From the NCBI GenBank assembly GCA_051294905.1, contig CM119373.1, forward strand, positions 24,800,001 to 24,864,000: a stretch of 64,000 bases of DNA. The letters run 5' to 3'. Shown piece after piece: positions 53,694 to 64,000 of the stretch. The stretch comes from Botryllus schlosseri (taxonomy: Eukaryota). A model generated the notes under the pieces. That model ran no database searches, was not told the DNA's origin, and saw only the letters and a program-made list of their open reading frames with translations. A program made the translations under genes and the position numbers. Within the stretch, counting starts at the first letter, position 1; each line of letters begins with the position of its first letter.

Positions 53694-54186
53694 GTCGAGA
53701 CCTCTATCTTTCTCGTTAACTACGTCATTCCATAGTCACCGAAGCGTGACTATTCTACTTGCGATGAACGCTTCTTCACTCGAGGGTTTTATGATCGGAT
53801 ATCGGCTGGGGAAACACGCACAGTCTGAGAAAACATAAGTAGTGTCAAGTGGATGAGTAATCAATTGTGATTTAATTGCCTTTCTCAAGGGTCATTGATT
53901 GCATGACGGTTAAATACACGGATGTAGCGATATTTGGATTGCATTGGTTTGACATGCCGAAGTCAAAGATTATATCTTCACGTTCATTTTTCAGAGGAAA
54001 TTCTGCACCATTTACGTCACATATACATAACTCAGAAAGTACAACATTGGTTGCAACAATGTGTTGTAACGCCGAAAAAAAAATAATAATTTAGCATCGA
54101 GAGAAGTGTCTCCACATTTCTGGGTATACAGTTTATGAAGATAATTTATAACGGTTTCAGACCATATGATCGCATGTTACTGAAGG

Positions 54187-54295
54187 TAGTGGTTCTTGAC
54201 CTTTCTTCCTCCAGCCCCCCTTTCAAAGAATTTCATGGTCCAGCACCCCGTATTATAACGGATGTACTACAGATGAGGGGGCTGGGGGACTGGAA
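54187..54295 (+). mobile_element. Short degenerate copy of the 16570-17990 Charlie-like family without cargo
   Basis: TAGTGGTTCTTGACCTTTCTTCCTCCAGCCCCCCTTTCAAAGAATTTCATGGTCCAGCACCCC matches 16570-16638. GGGGGCTGGGGG resembles the right end. Confidence 0.65.
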
Positions 54296-55401
54296 TTGCC
54301 GCTATAAATGTTATTATATGACCGGCTCAAATCATGCTGTCTCTGCATCTTTCGGGTACAGGTTCAAACCTATTGGGTTCGAGTCCAATATAGACAGCTC
54401 GATGTCATCTCAGTAATGGACGATACGGTGCATTGTATTGAGTGTTACAGACCCTGTGAATAATCTCATATTGACTTTGATTTTGGAAAAATAGAGGTAA
54501 AACTGCAACCAGTTCTCAATGCAACATATCCATGTTTTTCAAAAACTATAATCAATATTGCTAAACGTGTATTACTCTATATACGAAATTGCGAAGCGCT
54601 AAATTAGATCGTTCTTGCACGTATGATGAATACATATATTTAGTACCGATATCGCGTTATTACTCATACATACAAGGATATTTAGCGTATCATTTCACCA
54701 GAAAGCTATAAAGTGGGTCTACTGCTAGGAAATAAGGCTCTTCCTCTCAAAAATGGCAACGGGCCAATTTATCAGATTTGGACACAACACGCGCCGCCAG
54801 ATATCAAGACATCATTCAAAATATTTTTGTGAAAAAAAACAATCTAGTGTCTAAAATAACGTGCAGGAAGCAGGTAATCCGCATTTACATGAAGTAAAAC
54901 GATCTTTTCATTCCCAAAATCATATTAAATACAGTTAATGCATTTCGTGCGAAGCGTGGCGAAGAAACTTAGGATGGGATTACGTTAGCCGAAAATGTAT
55001 GCTTCGCGTTTGGTAATTGAGAGAAAGTATTTCGAACTTCATTTCAGCGAAATTACACTACTATTGATTTCAATCTCAAGTTTGTCCCACGTCGAATAAT
55101 CACTCGAAGGCTTTTTTATGTTTTTTTGCTGCTGCATACTTCTGCAAACCCAGACAATTAGTTGGTCACAGTATTTTATCGGGCGCGTACATAGCATGTC
55201 TGGCAGGATATATATTTTAGCCAATAACACTCGTAGAGCGAGTGGGGTGTATATTTATTTATTACGTATTTCATAATTGATTTTGAAAACGCCAGTCCAC
55301 CGAAACACAATTATCTTTTACTACAAACCAGAGACATATATACGCAATTTCCCATTACATCTATTGCCAATCACATGACGTTGTTCACACATTCTATAGA
55401 C

Positions 55402-55918
55402 CAGTGGTTCCCAACTGGTGGGGAATTCCCCACTTGTGGGGAATTCAATGGTTTCTGGTGGGGAATAGACGCATTTGTTGAACATTATATACAGGATAGT
55501 CTACATATCTACAGAGACACATGCGCGATTACCGTTACCAGTTAAGTGCTGTGGAATGTATGTATCGAAAATTATAAAGTGATAGTGTCTTCGGAGGACG
55601 CCTAAATTTCCTATTTTTTTGGTAATTTATCCCCTCTTTCTCTGAATGCCTCGAAAAATGCGACGCCGACACAGCTAACGTCAGAGTTTCGTAAATAATC
55701 GGGAGTCTAGTAAAGTGATGACCTGAATTTCGGTCGAATTTTTTTTAAATATCCTGTTTTCTGGGACTTTCAGAATTTATAAAACGTGTCCTCTTTTTAG
55801 GACCTTAATATATGGTAACCCTATTTTAAAGGAAGTACAGGAATTTTTGATAGTGGGGAATGAAGACTCGGGATAAATCTGAAGTGGGGAATGAAGACAA
55901 AAAGGTTAGGAACCACTG
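55402..55918 (+). mobile_element. hAT (Charlie-like) MITE
   Basis: TIRs CAGTGGTTCCCAAC / GTTAGGAACCACTG. Perfect TSD CTATAGAC. GTGGGGAAT subterminal repeats. Confidence 0.92.
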
Positions 55919-56016
55919 CTATAGACAGTTCAGATGCCCCTCATTAATGCATATATACATGCGATCGAGCAACCAAATCCACGCCACGATTGTGTTCTAA
56001 TATATTACATTCTAAC

Positions 56017-56346
56017 GGTGTCCGGTCAATACCGAGAATGCTATTACCGAGAATGCTAATACCGAAAAGGACAATACCGAGAATGGACATTACCGAGAAT
56101 GGACAATACCGAAAATGGACATTACCGAAAATGGACATCACCGAGAATGGACATTACCGAGAATGCAATATTTGCAATGCAGCCATGTTATGCCTATGAA
56201 CAGGTCGTGTGTGTGTGTATCACGGCGTTGCCACATTCGGTATCGATTCTACGGTATCAATTTCTCGACAATGTCCGTTACATTAAGCTAGATTCTTGGC
56301 ATTGGCCATTCTCGGTGATGTCCCTTCTCGGTAATAGTATGGAACC
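56017..56346 (-). mobile_element. Mutator-like element, second copy of the 33163-33601 family
   Basis: Opposite orientation. GG...CC termini, perfect 9-bp TSD CATTCTAAC (56008-56016, 56347-56355), 16-bp unit arrays. Confidence 0.9.
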
Positions 56347-59300
56347 CATTCTAACTAGTATGTCGTGATCGCTGCCAAATAAAGGAGCTAACATACTGAG
56401 AGATATTTGGCGTCAGCTACGTTGGACAGTAATTAAAAACGCAACGTCGAAATCGATTCGAAAGATCCTTAGCAATCGATTCCCGGACTCAATAGGGACG
56501 ATTCTGTAATCCAATCAATGTCCTTCATGCTTAGAATGTAATCAAGCGTATACGAAACCTCAGTAAAAGCCTAAATCCATGCATATGAATATGCAGTTAT
56601 CGGCAATGCATTCGCTTATGATTGTCTTGGCTAGAAATGTGTATATTCATGAACATCGGATGGCATTGGATGCTTCATGAAACAGGTACTTATCGCGGAC
56701 ATATTCAAGATATAGGTACTAGATAGATGATGTGGGTATGGAATTTTTCGACCAAGAAAAAGGAATGAGTTATAGCCAATACCAGGCGCGCCATGCTCTG
56801 TATAGCTTTATTTGATCATGAAAAGCACAGCAAGCACAGCACGATAGAAACCAGAAACTCAGAGTCTATATGATCCAGACAACTACGAAATACACAGGGA
56901 TGTCACAGTCTTGCTGTGATATAAAATCTGTGACAATAGTGCACTTTTATGTCAACACAGAGACTGTAGCAAAATGTGAAAACCAGGCGAGAAAAATCGC
57001 TTCTTAAATTTTACTGCAAATCAAAATTTTGATAAGCTTATTGAAAAAGACTGAAAAATTGATTTTATTTCGACATCATAGCATAACTATGCAATATCAG
57101 TATACCGGTTACTCCAAGAAGCAAGGGAGTCAGGCGTGAATTTTTATTCAGTTTTCGCTATTTATACTGGCTCTGACCATCAATAAGTATCAACGTCCCA
57201 TTATCAAATTAAATTGATCCCGTAGCTTATTGGACTGCCCCTGTAAATCAAACCCGTCCTAGCACAGATACATATATAGGAAATGGGTTTTCGTTTATTG
57301 ATCAAATTGCCAACAACGGTCAACCTGCGGCTGCGTTTACGGTTTAGAACCCCGGATTACGTTATCGTTCCAACCGTTCCGAGAGTGGATTCATGTGTTT
57401 TATGAGGGCTTCACGCCGCGATTCATAATCATACTTATGTCAGTACGAGTGGAGTTAGCTACCGTGCCTCTATTGATGGCGGCGCGAGATGAGTGTCTGT
57501 TTATGGAGCTGCTTGTCAGCGTGTTGCCAAAATCTTCAAACGGCGGAGTTATTATACTGAGCTTTACTTCGGGGCCAGAGTTCGCATGAAGCAGGCATAT
57601 GAGCTGGTGCATTGCACTTGGCTTAGTGGAATATTCGCAAATTCAGTGTCTAGCACTAGGTAGCCTATATTATTTGGCTTAGCAGGTTCAGTGTGGAATA
57701 GACTTTGCATTATTGATAGGTTGTGTGGAGAGACTGCGGATAATGTGCCATCGGGGCCTACGATATTCAAATATCGTAGGCTCCGGTGCCATACTAATCA
57801 TGCATGAGCAGTCGGTGCTTCTGAGTGTAGATCGACGACATTTATGATGCCTACTCGCCGAGCTGACATTTAGCGTATTGTGTAAACTTCTTCGGTCACA
57901 TTGATGCGGGTAAGTCGCATATTGTATCGGACAGGGTATGGCGCGGTTGCGTCACTTAGGACAAAGTCATCACTCATCAGGGCATATGTTTGGAAAGTAG
58001 CCTAAGGCTTTGGACAAGTTACAAAAAGTGTCGCTTATCACAGCTAAATGTTTTTTCCACCACGAAAATAAACAATGAAAATGACTTGCAGTATGCTGTT
58101 TCATAAAGATAATGAACGAATGACATGGAATAAGATAAGTATGGAATAGGCTATGAGTAAACATTCAAAATTTATCGACAATACTAAAAAATAGTCAGTT
58201 CGCCTGACGATGAATCGCCGCATTGTATCATTCTAGGTTCGACAAGGAGGCTAATGGGCGAATCCTTAATTTTTTCCCTCGCATGGAGGCGCAGTAAGCT
58301 GGTTGCAGTTGCGTGTGTGCACTGCATATGTTTCAGCGTGTGTGTGTTGCAACTTGCAACGACATATAGTTTCCGTCCGTTCTGATGGCAATAAGAGCAA
58401 TATAGTGATAATGATAGAAGATGAACAATAATTCAATTACGAGTCGATAGTTTTATATTTTACCAGCAAGAATAAATGATATTCCTTTCCAGAACATCAC
58501 CTTGCAGACTTTATATCTAACTATACTTACCTGGCCATTGTAAAATCTGTCTGGATAGCACCATATGATTCATGTATAAATGTCGATAGACACTTGAACT
58601 ATATGAATTATTCAGTGTGCTCTTCCGCGGATAATTAATTTTCGAAACGCCAGCTAAATTGCATATCCGCAATTGCGAACCACCTGCAGTGCGCCCCGTG
58701 TCTTAATTGCGAATTGATTGTCACATATGCGATATTAGCATTCGGCAAGGTAACCATTTTATCAACTGCGCCAATACGCAAACTCATTAAAACTTATTTG
58801 AAACTGTGACTGTGTCGAATTCAACAATGTCACGCTGAACGGGTAAACACTTGCCATCCCGCGGTAACTGTTTCAAGGCCGCACATGCAGCTTTTAATGA
58901 CGAAGACGCAAGGGGAAATACATTCATCTTCGCGATTTCACACTTCCTAATGAAAGTCGGGAAAGTCAAGGAAAGTGTCACGTGATTAACACCGTGACCA
59001 ATTGTAAGCTGTTTGAAGCTGCAGGGGGTGACTTGTTAATTTACACAGAGGAGGCAGTGATGTGAAGTCATTTAACTAAACGGGATTAGAGTGAAGATGT
59101 GCCTTACGCTGAGCGAATTGCATATCCTATTAAACAGCACGGCAGTGTGAGATTTTGAAGGATTGTAGATGAAAGACCAGCCGTTCGTTGTCAGCATCAA
59201 TATATAGTTGTGGGATATTGAGGAAATTGAGATTGCGTGGCATAAACGGTAGATAAGAAGGGCTCTTCCCATCATATGCTAAACATCACCTTTCTCACGG

Positions 59301-61430
59301 CGTTACATTTGCTGGAGCTTGAGTTTCATGTTTTCAGTCGACAGCGTGCAACGTAGCGCAAATTTCGACGTGAAGTAATAGATATCGTGATTGGCTGTCC
59401 ACCTGTGAATGCCCATCGACATATAAAAAAACTGGTTTTGAATGAGAATGCCAATCATAGATGAAAATCGAGATCAAATTAGGTAAAATTCCAAATATCC
59501 TATAATTAATCTGTTTTGATATGTAAGTTATATGGCGTTTCGATAAAGATATTTTATTTGGAGACGCATTGTCGATGTTTGTCATACTTTTAGAAGTCTA
59601 TTCAAAAGGTAGCATGCATCGTGTTGATTGTTGACCTCGTTACGAGACGAGTATGTCATATTTTGCAACTATGGTAGCATGATTTTGTGTATACCATAAT
59701 CGTCAGATAGATAGGAATCGGAATTTTATTACATTTCTCTACTGTAGATTATAAAATAACCTGTATCGCATTTTGGTACCGAAGACACCCGTAATGCATT
59801 CGGTGTTGCGTTACAATGCAATCAGTTTCTCTCTATTCTCGACAGCATGACCAATGAGCTATCACCATGTATATCGATAGTGTAGCGTAAGGCCAATAGA
59901 GTTTCGAAATGATCTATCCAATGCCGTGGTAGCGATAGTTGATCACGCCTTCAATTCACACCTCAACACCAAGGTGCATGATTGATACGATGACAACGCG
60001 CAGTACTGTTGACGCAGGTGCTTCTCAACGATGCTGAGGATGATATGTTTGCATGCAAGTGTAGCCATCAATTTCAAGTCTTGTGAAATATTAATGGTGG
60101 AGCATTTCCGTTACTTAGAAAGTTACCCACTTGATGATTAGCCGTGCTATGGCGTTATCCAAAAACCGTAGAATTTACCGTAATTATTCGGCTCTATTTC
60201 TTCATTTTGAACCAATTTGTATTCGACGATAATAATCACTCAGTTCCCCCATCGAATTAATACGCATTTATGTAACATCGCTTCCTTGGTACTTTCATAA
60301 ATCAAGGAATGCAAACAAATATTTAATTTGGGTCAAGCAGCATAAAACCGTAGCAGTCCAGCTTACCATACCGGTACCTAATAAAGCCGTTTTATTGCAT
60401 TAGCTTCTACTAGCAATGTAATTGTTGAGATACTGTAAAACTTATTGCTCTAACGGCTACATTCCTAGCAGTTCAATTTAGTAACTCAAATACTTTTAAT
60501 CTGTGTCTAGTCAAAACTTGACGCCGCAAGAGAGAGGATATAAGATTCAAATGACGACCAGTCTTGAAAGATTTAACGCGGAAACGTAATCATGAAAAGA
60601 ACGCCATGCGAAATCAGTTTTGCTTTAGGTGATAACGATACGTTATTCATGACAAATAATGTGCGGGGGAATCAAATTATAGAATAGACGGAAAACGCAG
60701 TACAGATATAAAGAAATAATTAGTAGTATAATATTTTAAGATTTTCAAGTAACTCCATCTGTCTGCAGAAACCCGGATTATTTATTATAAATGCGTATAT
60801 ACTGTATCTTTGGAAATCGCAGTGAGGAAGTGGCTATCATGACGACTACATCGCAGGTGTAAGCCTACTTAGTAGCCTGGACACCGTGATGCCACCTTCT
60901 GTTAACGTCACAGTGAATTTGTGATGTCATATCATCTTTAAATAAAATTGCCATTCCCTCTCCAAATTTTATCTCGCACCCATCAAATTTCCTTTCTAGC
61001 TACGCCTATTGGTGTACTTAGACGCACTCATTGATATCACACACGCTGTAACGGGATGCAGATGCAGGATAATCAGCGTCGAAGATATTTTAGTCCCTCC
61101 TGTTTGTGTAAGGACTTCTAATGTTAGATGTTTGTTGAGTTTATTACATCACGGCATCCTGTGTCAGCAGGAGAAATTGCATTGTACTTGAAGGGAAGTT
61201 GTTTTCATTGGCGTGTCATGTGTCAAATGACGTATTATCCCTATACAGTGATTGGGCAAGTACAAAAGAATGCGCTCTACCTTATCGTGCGATGGACGAT
61301 ATTTGTGCAGATGCCAATATATTGTTTGTATTTCATTCAACAGATTTGTCGCACTGTAAACCTACTGTTTATTGGCCGTTGGATATCGAAGAGAAATGAA
61401 AATATTTGGGTCAAGTCCAATCTCTAATAG

Positions 61431-61784
61431 ACGGGGAGAAATGCTTGTGTCGGCAGAGTTTTCATACTACGTGCCGAAAGAAAACGCATCCGGACAACCG
61501 CGTCTCGAAGTCGATTGTTTCAAAAGAAAGAAAGAGCATCAACGTAACAATCAATGCGCTTTAAGGAGAAAGGAAAGTTTCGGTAAATCTGACAATGACT
61601 CTGATTACGGGACCATGTCGCACGATTTTGAAGAAGATATTTTCCGACAAAATTCACTTCTCACCAACGATATCCTGCCTACCGTGACGCAGTCGCAATG
61701 CGAAGGCTTCCGGGTGCAATTACATCCAGAGGAGGAATGGGCGAGAAACGCTAACAGAATTTGGTGGGACGTGGAATTTAACAA
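61431..61784 (+). CDS. Probable coding exon of unidentified plus-strand gene (ATG at 61441 possible)
   Basis: Within a 138-codon open frame. Acceptor tctctaatag| and consensus donor AA|gtgagt. Encodes RGEMLVSAEFSYYVPKE...SDNDSDYGTMSHDFEED...EEEWARNANRIWWDVEFN. Confidence 0.6.
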
Positions 61785-62881
61785 GTGAGTATACACGGCA
61801 CTGTTTGTTTTCTTCTGTTATTGTTCTTCTTTTCATGTGTCGTATCTTGGAATTGCACTGCGCCACCGAAAGTCGTGGATCAGATGGAAATTGCTCTGGA
61901 TTACGATTGATAAAACACGGCTATGCAATTGCTATTGAGTCATTTTGGGAGAAAAGTCGTTTTTATACCTCATTATTGTTTTAAAATGTTATTTACATTC
62001 TTGATAAACGGGTTAAAGATCCAAGCATGTTTTGATATTTTTTCAATTCGGCCATGCCACGAAGGTAGAGATCTATCATAACATGGAAATTTTTCGTCTC
62101 CCGAAATTCTTCTCAAACATGCATCCCTCGCGTTTCCATTTAAGGAAATAAATGTTCATTTGATTCTGGCATGGCTATTGGCTATTTAAATATCCGTACC
62201 TTTACAGGTAGACAGGTATATACAATGATATATAGAGATATGATAATTCGTATTTTCGGTATACTTGCGTTACTTATTCAAGTGGTTATGTTTTTGACAT
62301 CATGTCTCAACTCAACCCGTTAGCACGATTGAGAAAAGAATAGAGTAGTTTTGAGATAATTAAGCATCACGCATATGAGTAAGAGTGTCAATAGAACTGC
62401 CTGAAATAGTCAAGTCCAGGTAACTCACGATAACTAAATATATATATTCGACTATTGCAGATATTTTGTCATCTTTCAATTTCCAAATGTAGCTATCTCT
62501 GAGTTGCTAAAAAGTAGGCTATGCGACAAGTCGTACTAATCAACGTTTGAAAGTGAAACTACTTACTTGAGTTATTCAGACCATAGATTTTCTACGTTTA
62601 TCTTAAGTAGTACTGACATGTTTTTGAAATCGGGACTCCCGATTTTTATCGAAGAGCAATTTTCTGTGTCACTTCTACTTGACTCACAACTTCGACTACT
62701 ACTGTTTAATTCTTTGAAATATCTAAGTAAATTGAAAATCCTAAAACCTAGGTACTCGCACTAAACTCACATTAAAATCTCTCACCTCTTCTGCCGACTC
62801 TACAGAGTGCAATCTCAATCCATATTGATTTAGCATTTAGTATTCAGAAATTAAGTGTAAAATCACTGGAATATTTTAGAT

Positions 62882-63353
62882 CAGAGGTCTCAAACACGCG
62901 GCCCGCGTCGGCATTTTGGATTTTCATGTAGTCGACATTATTTAACCGCCACATATCACTTTTAGATTTGAGAGCATGAATTTCACTCCAAAACTGCCAA
63001 AAACCCTAAACCATACTCGTCAAACTTCAATATTGCCACACTTTCAAAGGCTACCGTGCAAGTGACAGACCAGCTATTATGTCACATTACCTGTTCATGA
63101 TGATAAAACATGACCCGTTGATGATTTGTGACTGAATATTGTGATTTCGACATATCCGCGATCTTCCGTTTGTATTCGGGCTGACTATGGGGTATATATG
63201 TGTGTGGAACGCCAGCAGTCTGCATTGCAAGGTTCCGTCAGATAAGGCATACTTGAAAATACATTGAATCCCCCTATAAATGAGGCTGAGGCCCGCGGGG
63301 TCTTCAAAAACTATGAAATTGGCCCGCGAGCACATTTGAGTTTGAGACCTCTG
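62882..63353 (+). mobile_element. hAT (Charlie-like) MITE in the predicted intron
   Basis: Perfect 14-bp TIRs CAGAGGTCTCAAAC / GTTTGAGACCTCTG. Perfect TSD TTTTAGAT. GGCCCGCG subterminal motifs. Confidence 0.93.
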
Positions 63354-63523
63354 TTTTAGATAGTAAATAATGGTCATGGTCTTGAATGGAAAGATGCCAG
63401 CTCATAGCTTCGAAGAACTGAGGAGTCAACCCACGTGCAATATGTAGCCGCAATTTCATGACATCATCAAATTCTAAGCGCCAGCCCACATAACTCGACT
63501 AAAATATCCGTTCGCTTTCTCAG

Positions 63524-63818
63524 GTATTGGAAAATTCTATGCGACGTGACGGAATGCAGAGCCGGCGGGATTTGTATCCGAAGCAGCGAAGCGCGAACGT
63601 CGCGAAACGGAAACGAAATCATGATATCGGGGAAGTTCAACCGCGGAAAATCGCCAGAATTTCAACTAACACTTTCAACGTCTCTGACAAACGACGACAG
63701 GCGTCGGGGGTATCTATACGTCGGAACATTGAAGCAGGGTCGACTCGGCAATCTCGTGTCGACTCATTTTGCGGCGGTTTCGTTGTATCAGCCGTCATTG
63801 CGGCCGGAGTTGTCGTGA
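63524..63818 (+). CDS. Probable next (terminal?) exon of the plus-strand gene
   Basis: Strong acceptor ttcgctttctcag|G. Phase 2 joins 61784 in frame: ..WWDVEFN-K-YWKILCDVTECRAGG...RGYLYVGTLKQGRLG...RPELS*. GC-rich block. Confidence 0.5.
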
Positions 63819-64000
63819 ATTGCTTGAGCTAGTTATCGACGTATGCCCAAATCATTGCTATTGTGATGTCAACGGAGGTGGTCGGCAACGAAGTATTTCT
63901 ACTTTTTTTGGAGTATCCAAGTATCATTTTCTTACTTGCCTCACTTGTTCTTGTGGTTATGCGGGGAACTTTTATTTAGACGAAACTACTGAGCTTTTTC

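Noticed and set aside
54355-54390. Two B-box-like motifs (GGTTCAAACC, GGTTCGAGTCC)
   Set aside because: No A box at suitable spacing and no cloverleaf.

Overview
This is AT-rich, CpG-undepleted eukaryotic DNA. The repeat types suggest a marine invertebrate, possibly an ascidian-like chordate; that is an inference and cannot be proven from the sequence. There are no intact prokaryote-style genes or CRISPR arrays, and most listed ORFs are spurious. Short non-autonomous DNA transposons dominate: more than 12 hAT-type MITEs with 8-bp TSDs (several nested), two Mutator-like elements with 9-bp TSDs and a 590-bp foldback. Also present are a decayed Penelope-like GIY-YIG retroelement whose 3' repeat carries a minimal hammerhead ribozyme, an inverted dimer of that repeat, two copies of a tRNA-headed SINE and a degenerate 28S rRNA-derived insert. 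Manual splice-site reading gives candidate exons of an unidentified minus-strand gene (about 6-43 kb) and an unidentified plus-strand gene (61.4-63.8 kb, perhaps extending upstream). All exon calls are provisional.
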